This document shows positions 49,711 to 62,077 of a stretch of 64,000 nt of DNA, in pieces. Under the pieces are notes generated by a model. It saw only the letters and a list, made by a program, of their open reading frames with translations. It was not told where the DNA came from and searched no databases. How positions within the stretch are numbered: position 1 is the first letter of the stretch; each line of letters starts with the position of its first letter. The stretch is from Asterias rubens (Eukaryota), in the NCBI RefSeq assembly GCF_902459465.1, contig NC_047064.1, positions 18,476,001-18,540,000 of the forward strand. Reading direction: 5' to 3'. Both the position numbers and the translations under genes were made by a program.

Positions 49711-49738
49711 TATTGCAAATTTGCCGAGGGAAAGCCCC
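49711..49738 (-). promoter_or_regulatory. DA5 kB + C/EBP-like module
   Basis: TATTGCAA ... GGGAAAGCCCC. Confidence 0.65.
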
Positions 49739-49749
49739 TCTTTCCTATG

Positions 49750-50502
49750 GGACATCTGTGTCAAATCAACCAGTTTTTCATCAGAATGATTGGATGTGGC
49801 TCAAATGAACACATACAAAAAAGCTAAGTCATACTCCATGTCGTTTTCGAGATATGACCCATTGAAATTTGGTCAAGGCGGCCATTTTGTACTCGCGCGA
49901 GACGCGAAAAGTGATTTTTGTGATAATTTCCGACTTTGAAAGCTCATAATTTAGTTATTGTACCAGGTAGAGAGCTCAAATTTGGTATTCCATCTTACTT
50001 CTTGCCAAATTTCATGAATCTGCACTCAATTTAAGAGTACATGTATCTCATTTAATTTTCTAGTTATGGTCACCTAAAGTAGGCACTTTAATCAGCCGAA
50101 AGTGTTTTTTGTGATAATTGGGGTCACCCTGTGCCCACATGAGGGGTCAAATGAAACCTATATTCCCTAGTTATTATCTATGGGTGCATGTCTTTACCCA
50201 TAAGCAATTATAAGCTCACCAATGCATTCATTCAGAAATAGCATGGACCCAAAGTTGGTTCCTGCCAGAAAAAGGTAAAAAAGACCCCGCCCGTCTTGAC
50301 CCCGGTTGACCCCGCGATCAATTGAAACATTTTTTGAAATTGATACCAGTTAAACATATATATTATATCTACTTATACACCAATTTTCAGCTTTGGCACT
50401 CAACTCCTTCATTGTGTGGTGGCACATCCAATCATTCTGATGAAGTTTCATCAAAATCTGAGGGGGTCACCTGGGGACCACTGGTTGATTTGACACGGAA
50501 TG
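49750..50502. mobile_element. TIR element inserted immediately upstream of the DA5 kB site
   Basis: TGTGTCAAATCAACCAG ... CTGGTTGATTTGACACGG; absent from the homologous DA6 upstream region. Confidence 0.6.
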
Positions 50503-52544
50503 ACCCCTATACCTTTTTTTTTTTTTTGGGTGCCCTTCAGAAGTCATTCAATGGGGAACGTTGTCATCCAGCACTTTTGCATAGCAAAATATTTTGACAC
50601 CAAATTTTGTGCACAAAGAACATTGGTAATATTGAGTAGCAAATGACAACTTTTGAGTAGCAACTGACACATTCTGCTATATACAACAAATGTTCACTGC
50701 TTAATAACAAAAACCTATGCATCCACCCAGTGGTGCAGTAGGTTAAGAAACAGGGTTGCCTAGTGGGCCATCCACCCCCCCCCCCAAGTGTCTTAGCCAG
50801 GAATTTGAAAGTGGGAGTGCAAACTGAAAAAGTGGGAGTGCAACCTAAAATCACTACAAAAAAATAGATACGTGTGCGTAGCACACAACACGAGCTCGCA
50901 GCGCCAAGTCTGTCTCACCCCCCCCCCCCCCCCACCCCCCTCTTAAGGGCCCTGGAAGCATTTCTGGTACCTATTTCTGTTACAAGTAAACTATTTTGAT
51001 TTAATTTTTTATTTTTTTTTCAACTCGAAAATGAGAGGCTTTAAAGCACAGATATTATACAGGTGATCGACGTCCACTATACATTATTAAACTCTATAAA
51101 ATGTGTCTGGGTCAATAGGCCAGTTCAAAGCAGTTACTTGGACCATGGAGCTGTGCTTGGACCCATTTAGCCTGAAATGGTTCAAAAGTGATCAAATAAT
51201 GCAGTACAAGTTTGCTGTCAACAAAATATTTTTTGGCATGTGTTACTCTTGATACAAAATTTTGCTTAAAGACTAAAAAAAAAATGAAGAGGTATTGAAG
51301 AAATTAAGAGTTATCATTTACTAATGTTAATTCTATCCATTCTTGTCCATTCGATTTCAGAACAATAGGCCTAAGGTCGTGAAGCTGATAATAGTTTTTG
51401 TATTTAATTTAGACAAATCAATTAATATGTAAAATAATTATTCACACAAGTATTTGCAACCAATCAAAATGCCAAGAGTGATTTACATGTACCATAATTG
51501 TTTGCTTAATGTAAACTGACTGATCATGGTAATTAATATTTTCCTTTGTATGTGTTTAGGTTTCATAACGTTTAAGTCTTATAGGTTGTTTAATTGTTGA
51601 AACTGGGTCAAAGGCAATTTGTAAACAGTCTGCGGTGAATAAAGAACAAACAGTTACAAAAGACAGTGCCATTTAAGTAGTTCCACTGGGCACAAAAACG
51701 TACCATGCATTGAAAAATAAATTTGGGAGGTCTATCCCCCCCCCCTACAGCAAAACCGACTTGAGATTTGAAAAGAAACATGAACCAGTTTTTGAACCTT
51801 TCGAGCGGAAAATAAACATCGTTTTGTCAACTGCATTAACACCCAAGAGATGCAAACATTGAAATCCAAAAAAGTCTCACCGGCTCACCGTTTACGCAAT
51901 TTAGGGCTGTAGAATCATCAATAATGTTTTTATAGATGGTTGCTGTAAAATAAAATCATCAAAATGTCACATAATTAGCGAAAAAATGATTAAAAAACCC
52001 AAAAGCGGCAAAAGGCCAGCGTGTACGTGTTTCCAGCCGTTGCAACTATCAAATCTTCGTGATATTGTCGCACAATGTTGTAAGTAGACTGGTGCTTTGT
52101 TTATAGCAACATTTTACTACGACGAAGCATAAGGATCCAGTCTATCCATAAATTATAAACAACCAACATATACGGATCAGGCAAATCTTTCGACGGTGGA
52201 GGTAGTCGTGCTTCGACGTACATCCAAAGATCGTCACGAAGAACACAAAAAACTAACCCAGAAAATGATGGGACAGTGACAAGTAAATAGAGCATTCCTG
52301 GCACAAACTAGGCATACTACTGCAGTGCATAGGCATGATGCAGTTTGGAATGCGATCGTGGCGTACAATCATGCTCCCGACGTGCTACTCCTAGAACTAT
52401 TTCAGTTTCGTCCGGCTGAAACCGAAATAGTTCTAGGAGTACCGACGTGCCAGGACCCATTCAATGCCTGTAGGCGCCTACAGAGGGGAGGGGATGGGGG
52501 AGGGAATCGTTAGGGATTCAAAAACGTTCTTGTGAGAATGTATT

Positions 52545-53372
52545 TTGAAACGTAAGCGTAGTTGCAAATCTTGAAACGTAAGCCTAGCTTGACTCGGGAT
52601 TGAAAGCGTTATTTTTTATTATAGCGTAACAAATCTAAAAAATGTATATGGATTGTATAGTAGCTGCATAGCTTGGAACGTAACCATATCTTTTGGAACG
52701 TAAGCATATCTTGAAACGTAAGCGTAGCTAGGTATCTTGGAACGTAAACGCAGCTGCGTATGGAGCGTAAGCGTAACTTGACTCAGGATTGAAGCGTACC
52801 TTTTGTAAATATAGCGTAACTTGAGAAGGAACGTAAGCAAAAACTTGGAATGTAGGCGTATCTTGGAACGTCATATCTTGGAAGGTAAGCGTAGCTGGAT
52901 ATCTTGGAACGTAAACATAGCTGCGTATGGAACGTAAGCGTAACTTGACTCAGGATTGAAAGCGTACCTTTTGTTATTATAGCGTAACTTGACGAAACGT
53001 AAGAGTATCTTGTAATGTAAGCATAGCTGAGAAGCTGTGTAGCTTCGTAACCTTATGTTTTGGAACGTAAGCATATCTTGGAACGTAAGCGTAGCTAGGT
53101 ATCTTGGAACGTAAACGTAGCTGCGTATGGAAGGTATACGTAACTTGACTCAGGATTGAAAGCATACCTTTTGTAATTACAGCATTACTTGAGAAGGAAG
53201 GTAAGCAAAAACTTGGAATGTAAGTGTAGCTTGATATCTTGCAACGTAAACATAGCTGCATATGGAACGTAAGCGTAGCTTGACTCGGCTTGAAAACGTA
53301 CCTTTTGACATTATAGCGTAACTTGAAGGAACGCAAGCGTAGCTGAGTAGCTGCGTAGCTTGGAACGTAACC
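52545..53372. repeat. Degenerate GGAACGTAAGCGTAGCT-type tandem array with higher-order units
   Basis: Directly visible; no coherent ORF. Confidence 0.8.
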
Positions 53373-56300
53373 AAATAATACCTCAACAATCTCAAAAATA
53401 ACACTTCATTCACAGAATTAAAAAATATTTTTAGACAAAATTATGCTTTGAGAGAGTTTTGTTGAACTTTTTTTTTCAACCTTTTGTACAAAATTATTAT
53501 TCAACTGTTCTTTTTTCAATCGGGGGCTCCGGTTTTTTTAATCCCTTTTTTCTTCTTCATAAAACATTTTTAAATCTACTCACACAATAACACTGTCAAT
53601 ATAACAAAATGCAGTATTTCTACATTTGGACATCATCAATCTTTTTTTATTGTTACCTGAAAACTCCTAGCAAAATAAAATTAGGAGCCATGAAACAAAA
53701 CAGAGCATAATATTGGAACGTTGTGATCATAAGAAATAACGGATTTGACACGAGGTGTACCGACTGACAAACCCACGATGACAAACATGTACTCCCAACC
53801 CCTCCCAAGCTCACGGCGAGACCCGCAAGCTTGGAGTTCATAGCGCCTGGGATTACACCTCCAGCCCCCCACGAGACATGGCATGCGCTGTATGGTATAA
53901 TGCCCCGAGGCTTACGTTGTGATTGCGCCACGCCTTGGGCTATACACGGACTCTTTGAATGCGAATCTTACGTAAGATTTTTCACCATTATTTACATTTT
54001 GTAGCGATAACTTGAATACATGATCTTTTTCGTCAATTACTCGTTAATAATTTTGTAAAAAAAAAAGATTTAAATTTGGTTTGGTAAGTTACTGACGGCT
54101 GGAAGTAAAACTAGCCCGGAAGGTCACGCGATTGTTTGTACCACTTTTTGGTTAGAACAATCACGCGACCTAAGTTTTTGTTTTAAAATGCTCAAAAACG
54201 GCAAAATTTGATGATTTTTTTTATGGACCGTTCTTCTTCATACCTGGAAGACTGCTGAATTCAGTTCTTAGTCTATTTTGTAGCCCAAATAGCCCTATTC
54301 GGCCGGTGTGTCCCTTTAAAACAAAGTCTGTGTGTCTCGCTTGCGTTGTGTAATTTGCACGTGCATTGTGTAATGTGTGGTTTGTGCGTTGTGTCTTGTG
54401 TGGTCGCAATGTGGTCAGCGTTTTCGAGGCAACTTCGAATGATTGTTTTATGGTTGTGTAGTTGAAATTTTGATTCAAAAGGAAGAAGGAAATCTGGTAA
54501 AACCAAATCTAATTTTACTCACTGCTGTTTAAACTGTTCAACAACAACAAAATAATAAAAGAAGTTCAGTAATTTTCACTGAAATTATTATACAGCACGG
54601 CTTCACCCAAGCCATGCATAAAAAATTTGCCCGTGTTTTCAGCCCAACTGGCCGTGCTAACACCCCCCCCCGGAAGTCGTACATGTAACTTATATTTGAT
54701 TTGTTTAAAATTGAAATTGAAGTTAAACAGGAAACAAGAAAAGGAAAGACAACAGCCATGATGTTCTTTCTACCTAAGTCAGATTTATTTTGCTCTTGAA
54801 AAAATCTGAAAAAATTGTGTTTTAATACAGCTTGAAATCTATACTATTAAAAGCTTAACCCGCGCCGTCTTGGAATTGAAAATTAGAAGGTCCAGTGGCA
54901 TGGCATCCTTGTGGAATCCAACACGGTTATGTCGTTACAGACGTCGGGTTGAAGTCTACAAAACCCTGAACCGAACTCCCTCTTACGAGTTGTCTGATTG
55001 GCTGGAGTCACGAGCGATATCTCCTTACATGTGTGGTTGTCTGGTTTTGATATGGGCCACCTGTTGGTCTAAGGGGGGGGGGGGGAGCTGTACGCTGCAC
55101 ACAGAGCCACCTCTTTAGGTTTGAAGTGGGTGGCAACCTTGGACTCCCATTAACATTCCAGAGTGACTCATTGATGTTTCGTAGAGGGGTAAATAGCATT
55201 GTGTATATACCATTTTGTACAGGGGGGTTTAATTTCGCATGTTAAATAAAAAACATTAGGCTTTAATACATGCATCTGTTACATATGTGTTTATTACAAT
55301 TAAGTCACTCATGTAGGCCTACCCAACTTTCCAGCATTTTTTAAACGTATCAAACATCAGCAACCCATTGTTGTGAAACTTTATTTGTTCCATTTAACTC
55401 TGCACCGTTAGTGGTACAGTCCATATGTCATCCCCCACACATAGAACGTACACACGCAAAAGTTGAAACATTTTCAAAAAGAAAGTAAATACATTACTGA
55501 TTCTTTTCATATACATTGTATAGGTTTTGCCAGTTAAACCTACAAAAGAGTACATGAAATCACCGTTTAAGAATAGTAAGCTTTCATAGTTACGAACTTT
55601 GTGAAACATCAACGGCTGTTTTGAAGCTGTAAACGAACATTCCATTCAAAGTTCTGAAGCAACAAAATTGTTAGAACGCAGTTTGGTCCGGACTCAGGAT
55701 GTAGATTTTGCCAAATCCGTTTTGTATTAAGCAATCGGCCGTCGGGTTTTGTTATCGAAAGAGCCTTCATGTGCAGCTGAATCGGGTACTTTTTACGAAT
55801 TTCTCCTTACAAAATTAACCAAACTGGCCTACAAACCCTTAAAACAACAAGGCAAATGTTTTCTGAAAGTGAATTAAGTGAGAGGATGTAGGGGTAGCTG
55901 GCATACAAACCCTCAAAATAACTAGGCAAATGTTTTCTGAAAGTGAATTAAGTGAGAGAATGTAGGAGTAGTTATTTAAGACCAATAAAATTACCGTTTC
56001 TATTATTTTAGTTCGTAGGGTTCCACAGATAATTATGATAACATATATAATTGGATGTTTTATCAGGGGACTTCGTCACGCGGGGCGCGCGCCCCGGCGG
56101 ATGTTGACCAGAAAGTTTACATGAGAATTAATTGATATGAGAATAAACTAAAAATTAATGAGGCCGACGCTCTGTTACTCCAAAAAGCGGTGGCAAAAAC
56201 AGTAGATTAGATGTTGCACAGCATGTTCCGAAAAATCGCTTTATTTGGTGCTCAGACAACTTTGTTTGCGTCGTTGGACGTACGCTCAATAAATTACGAT

Positions 56301-58118
56301 GAATGGGGCCTTAGATTCTAAAATCGTGTACACCTCATTGGAAACAAAGCAAACAATATTCAACAGTTATAGCAACCAATCATTAAATATTTTTATTTTC
56401 AATACAATTTTGCAGAAATTGACTTTGTCGTTCAAGTCCATACCAACTGGCGCGTTTTTTTATATTTTTATCTGCTGTATACCAGAACTTCTTCGAAGCT
56501 TCCTTTTCAGTCAGATAAACTCCGCGGCTATTAGTGGCTGTGATTATGAGTTTGTTTTAAAAGAGGATACCACTTTCATACAAGCCTTTTTAGTCGGATT
56601 TCTTCTCTGCTATTACTATTAGCAGCGGTGATAATTGTTGAGGGGGGAGACCAGACTTAGACCACTCAAATCCGTGGCTATCGGTGACTATGGATTTGTT
56701 GCTAAGGGTACCAAATACCACTGCTGATTCCACATTCAGCGTGATATACATTGTCCGATTGGCCCATCTCCATATAAATTAACCAAAACTGGATGTACAG
56801 ACCCTCAAAATAACAAGGCAAATGTTTTACAAAGTTCGTAACTATAATGAAAGCAGTTTGGGCGGGACTCAGGATGTACATTATGCCAAGTGTAACTGAA
56901 TTATACCAAATGTGCTCAACACAATAAAATAAGTGTGTCATTGGAGCAGTGTATGTGCTATATTTTTAGTCGTCTAAGCATTATTACCCTTACAGTCATC
57001 TTAGCTGGGAAATACTCAGTGCAGTGGATAAAATTGACACAATGACAAAAGCCCATTGAATTTAAACTATGCGTAAAAGAGGCGAAACATAATCCACATT
57101 ACGGATAATGCGTTGGCCCACTCGATCAACACTAAAATATTACGAAATACCCTACATATCATGCCAAGTACCATCATTGCCAAGTATACCCATCCCCAAT
57201 ATTAAAGCTCAACTCCAGAAACAAACACCAATTCCTTTAGTTGGAGACTGCAAGAGAGAAGGTGAGGAGAGGAGGCGATGCGTCGCGACATTTTACAACT
57301 AAGTTGTGCACGCTCAACAATTAATTTTTATCAAAATACAACATTAATGACAAATTTCCATACCGATCATAAATACAATTTCTTATCCAATACTACGAAA
57401 TGATTATTACCTGTAAGAATACCTCCCTTGCCCCCACATTATCTTTTACAACATGTGTATACTAGAATCCTCCTCATCTAGCGGGGTGCCGCGCGCCCGC
57501 TAGTTTCTATTAAAGCCATTGGACCCTTTCGTTAAACAGTGTTGTCCTAAGGCCCACACTTCGTGTATCACAACTTATATATAAAATAACAAACCTGTGA
57601 AAATTTAGGCTCAATCGGTCATCGGAGTCGGGAGAAAATAATGGGAAACCCACCCTTTTATCCGCATTTTCGCCGCGTCATGACATGTGTTAAAATAAAT
57701 CCGTAATTCTCGACATCGAGAGTTTATATTGTTTTACTGTTTTCTCAAAAAGTAAAGCATTTCATGGAATAATATTTAAAGAGAAGTCTTTCACCACTAC
57801 CTTCTGTAAACCCTGAAAGTTATTTGTAAATACGGAACTTTTTTCTTTTCTTCCTGTACCGAAAGGGTCCAATGGCTTTAAAGCCTACACCATGTGTACA
57901 TGTGCAGTAGGTCAGCACTTGTGTAATGCAATAAAATATTCCTACTTATTTCCAGCGGACCAAATATCTTGCCAGAAACAATTAAGTTGCCCCTTCTTAA
58001 AATTGTCACACCTTATAAAATGTGTGTTTGAGATTGTGCAGGCCATGCAAAAAAAAGTTGTGTTTGAGATACATGTCATAGTCCATGATTTCAGATTATA
58101 CACAATTGCATGGCAGTA

Positions 58119-58127
58119 GGGAATTCC
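58119..58127. promoter_or_regulatory. Upstream kB-like site (DA5 enhancer-like module)
   Basis: GGGAATTCC in the context TGCATGGCAG...CACC, shared with 46602. Confidence 0.4.
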
Positions 58128-58312
58128 ACCTGTGTGAAGTTGAACAGGAAGGAAGGCAAATGAAGTATAATGTAAGTTGTATAGAGTCCATCCATGAATA
58201 TACCCCGATCGATGCCATGTTTATGGACATGTGTTTTTGATGTCTAATGATCGATGTCATGTTTATGGGCATATGTTTTTGATGTCTAATGATCGATGTC
58301 ATGTTTATTGGG

Positions 58313-59492
58313 TGTCACGGTGTTGATGAAACAATGAAAGATGTGGACAAAATTGTGTTTGTTCGACCCGGTAGTTTTATTCGCACTCAGCGAGGAGCAG
58401 GTTAACTATAGAACAACAAATAATGAAATAGATAATTAATATATAAATACATAAATTAGATTACTCAATAATCAAATCAAAGATATAAGCAGGGTGTTTA
58501 AATAAACACGCAATCAGAGGTTTCCGGAAAGATTGAATAAAACGCAATCGATGGCTTACGGAAAGATTATACGAAAATGAACAGACAATCGTTTCCAAAA
58601 GAAGATTAAAGAAACTATAGCAAATTATTAAAGCTTGAACAAATCCACTTCTGCAATTCTATATCAAAAGATGAACAGTACAATTATCGACTTTACTAAA
58701 TTAACACTTACAAATTGTTACCGGGAAATTCACATCAACACTGTGGGAAACTTAACGGCGATGTACGGGGTTTACGGGAGTTTTCGGCGGCATACTGATA
58801 TATAACAAAACTGTTGGGAAATACACACATATAAACTCATTTAGAGATAGTAATTAAGAGGCGTTACCGCAAACCTTTCTAAATCGTATTACCACCATGT
58901 AACGTTACAAATCCTACTAATACACACACGATAATAAAAGCAATTACTAGAGACAAGTACGTTGGGTACACAAAATAGGATTTAGAAGAATAAACTAGCT
59001 TTGCCTAGTGGCACCATAAATCTTATTATCAAAATCTAGCGACGGCTCTATTTTGTGCCCCACTTAAACAGCATTAAGAGGAACCAAAAATAACTACAAA
59101 AAGCCTAGATCATTGAAATGGAAAGGAAGCAATTTTACAGTAACCAATACGTTAATACAATCGGAATAAGTGACATTAAATATTATACAATGAAGAAAAT
59201 ACTACTTACGAAAACGGCGATGAAAGCTAGCTGGGGTTGACTAAGAAAAATACGGCGAAGTTAACCAAACGAAACCAGGAAAAGAAATGAACCTAGAAAT
59301 ACCGGCACCCAGGTACCTGCGTATAGTAAATAGGGCTTGCCACACCTTAAACCAAATTCCTAAGATGCCCGCAGGCGATTGGCTGCGTGCACTGACCTTT
59401 GACTTTAAACAAATAAGGATAAGCTAGTAAACGTAAGAGAAACGTATAAATTATAAACAATAATATAAATACATGACCGGTGGGAGATGACA
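58313..59492. mobile_element. Solo LTR (~1.18 kb) inserted in a ~40-bp minisatellite
   Basis: TGTCA...TGACA termini, 5-bp duplication (TTGGG/ATGGG); it splits the TTTTGATGTCTAATGATCGATGTCATGTTTATGGGCATATG array. Confidence 0.7.
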
Positions 59493-60107
59493 ATGGGCAT
59501 ATGTTTTTGATGTCTAATGATCGATGTCATGTTTATGGGCATATGTTTTTGATGTCTAATGATCAATGTCATGTTTATGGGCATATGTTTTGGCTATCTG
59601 ATAACATAAAACATTCAAACAAAAAATTGTGCAGCCAAGTGGTTAACTGACGTATCATGCAAGGATATTGACAAAGTTCATGTACTGCATGCAGGAATGC
59701 ATAAAATGTAAAAAAAAAAAAAAAAAAAAAAAAAGGCTAAACTACCCCAAAAGACGGTCGACTTCAAACTTTGTGACGTCAAATGGAAACTATCTATTTA
59801 GATGTGACTGATGTCATTTACTTAATTCAGATTACGCCTTCACCTATTGTTGTTGGTAAGCAGTTAACACTTAGGCCTATTCTTACATAATTTTCAATAA
59901 ATAAAACAACCCAATGCAATATTTACAGGCAAATTGAGAAAATCTGTAAAACTTAAATTCCTGTCACGCCCTTTACGCTAAGTTTTCCATAGGGTCAAAA
60001 CTGCATTCACATTCAACAGTGTTTAAATGCGCGTGCTTTTGTGTTTATTGCAATTGAATGTTTCCCTGATTTTTGATGCTGCCTGATTTTTTAATCACAT
60101 ACATTGA

Positions 60108-61505
60108 CTACTTTTTTGAAGGTCTCAAAGTCTCGGTCTCGGACCCTCCGGTCTTGGTCTCGAGTTGCCGGGTCTTGGTTTTGGTCTCAACTTGAGGAGT
60201 CTTAGTCTTGGTTTTGGTCTTGGGCTTGGTCTTGGGCTTGGTCGCGACTTCCTGTGCCTTGGTCTTAGTTTTGGTTTTAACTTGTCGAGTCTTGGTCTTG
60301 GTCTCGACTTGCTGTGTCTTGTTCTTGTTTGTGGTCTTGGTCTTGGTCTTGGTCTTGGTCTTGGAAACAACAACGGCAGGGGGCAGAGCAGGAAAGGGGG
60401 AAGGGCAGGGTAGTGGGATGGTCAGGGTAGGGGTAAGAGCAGGGTAGGGGGAAGAACAGGGCAATGGGAGGAGCAGGGCAGGGGGGAGAGCAAGGCAGGT
60501 GGAAGAGGAGGGGAGGGGAAAAAGCAGGGTAGGGGGTAGAGCAGAGGAGGGAGAAGAGCAGGGGAGTGGGAACAGCAGGGCAGGTGGCAGAGCAAGGCGG
60601 GTGGAAGAGGAGGGTAAGGGGAAGAGCAGGGAAGGGGGAAGAGCAGGGTAGGGGGCTGATGTTGTAATAAGGGGGAAGAGCAGAGCAAGGGGAAGGGCAG
60701 GGTAGGGAGCAGAGAAGGGCAAGGGGCAGAGCGGGGCAGTGGGACAGGGCTGTCTTTTTCCCCGTCCAGATCTTGATGTCCTCAATCCAGACTTGCCTTG
60801 GGCCCCCTCACTCTCATTGTACAATTCCCTTTGTATTTTTGCAAGTGTTTCTTTTGCAGTCTTGTCTGCTTCCTCTCTCCATACTATCCATTCCTTAGAG
60901 TCCTCAATGTCGTAGTGTTTGACTATTTTCGCTAATGACTTGTTCCCCGACTTATCACAACGATTTTGTTTCAAAATTTTGATAGTTGGTCTGCAAATGT
61001 CTAGAGTTGCTGTTATCACAGACTGCCATGTATCGCTATTCATGGTTGCCAAGGTTATGCCCCTTTGATGCGTTAACTTTCTGAGGCCATCTCCGCCATC
61101 CTTGTATAACATGGCATAGTGGATGTGAAATTCAACGGAAGGTTGGTTGCTTATGAATCTTACGATTCGGTCCGCGCAATCAACACATGGTGAGTAGTTG
61201 ATGTACAGTTCGTATTCCGTCATCTGCCGGGACATCGGAAGAACAGAGTCTTTGAACTCTGAGTTCCAACCACCAGACTCATCCGACTCGAGTTCATCTA
61301 GGAAGGCGCACTCGGCATGTTGTGCTGGCTTTCTTTGCCTCAGTCTGCTGTGATAAATCTTCTTCTGTTTGGTACTTTGAACTATGAGAATGGTTTTCTT
61401 TTGCCATAAATATTTTTTTTCCTTTAAATGTCTTGGGTCCTGTACGCCTGTTCTAAGTATGATTGCAGCGTCCTCTTTCCATCGGTTGTCCACACAGCTT
61501 ACCAT
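60108..61505 (-). CDS. DA6: AID/APOBEC-like deaminase, 465 aa, with Pro-rich and Lys/Thr-rich repeat-derived tail
   Basis: QHAECAF ... LYINYSPCVDC; acceptor 13 nt upstream of the ATG; the ORF stays open through two repeat elements. Confidence 0.85.
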   Translation of the reverse strand: MVSCVDNRWKEDAAIILRTGVQDPRHLKEKKYLWQKKTILIVQSTKQKKIYHSRLRQRKPAQHAECAFLDELESDESGGWNSEFKDSVLPMSRQMTEYELYINYSPCVDCADRIVRFISNQPSVEFHIHYAMLYKDGGDGLRKLTHQRGITLATMNSDTWQSVITATLDICRPTIKILKQNRCDKSGNKSLAKIVKHYDIEDSKEWIVWREEADKTAKETLAKIQRELYNESEGAQGKSGLRTSRSGRGKRQPCPTAPLCPLPFSAPYPALPLALLFPLITTSAPYPALPPSLLFPLPSSSTRLALPPALLFPLPCSSPSSALPPTLLFPLPSSSTCLALPPALLLPLPCSSPYPALTPTLTIPLPCPSPFPALPPAVVVSKTKTKTKTKTTNKNKTQQVETKTKTRQVKTKTKTKAQEVATKPKTKPKTKTKTKTPQVETKTKTRQLETKTGGSETETLRPSKK

Positions 61506-61911
61506 AGTGGTACGATGCCTGTAAAAGTGCAGACATGCACATTATGTTTATTTGGTCATTTGAAAAGCACATCTTTTTCTTTTAGGTCAGCACGCATGTG
61601 CGCGGCACCAAGGTATAATTTTTTTAAATTTTTTTTTCACTTTTGAGGTTTGTGCATGCCGTGAGTTTCAATGGTAAATTGAACCTTTGTGTCGGTTTGT
61701 TGAAACAAAAATTGTGAGTTTTGTTGCAAAGTTACCTAGCCTTATCATCATAATTTAAAAAGTAAGGCTCCTGAAGCATTGCAACTTCATGAGAATGTAC
61801 GCCTCGGTTAGCATTGTCTAAACATGCACAAGAATTAAAACTTAAAAAATACTGGTTTTCTCCGCAGTGTGTCAGTTTGTGTCGGTGACGATATGATCAG
61901 TATGTACTTAC

Positions 61912-61985
61912 AATTTGTAGATGGTTGGTTCTGCCAGTTGGTCTTTAAGCTTGCCTTTTGTTTAAGTTTAAATTAAAAAAATTGT
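61912..61985 (-). other. Putative non-coding first exon of DA6
   Basis: Donor TT|GTAAGTAC at the homologous position. Confidence 0.55.
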
Positions 61986-62077
61986 GGCTTACACTGAAGA
62001 AAGCATGAGCAATTTATGCAACAATTTATGTCATATATGTAGACTATGGACCATGCACTTGGCAATAGAAATGGAGG

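Noticed and set aside
54700-54750. GAAA-rich ISRE-like tract
   Set aside because: Not conserved in the homologous DA6 upstream block; expected by chance in A-rich DNA.
61497-61505. ATG|GTAAGC perfect donor right after the DA6 start codon
   Set aside because: Would define only a 16-nt exon; paralogues have GCA here and the ORF is intact, so it is probably incidental (RNA-seq could test it).
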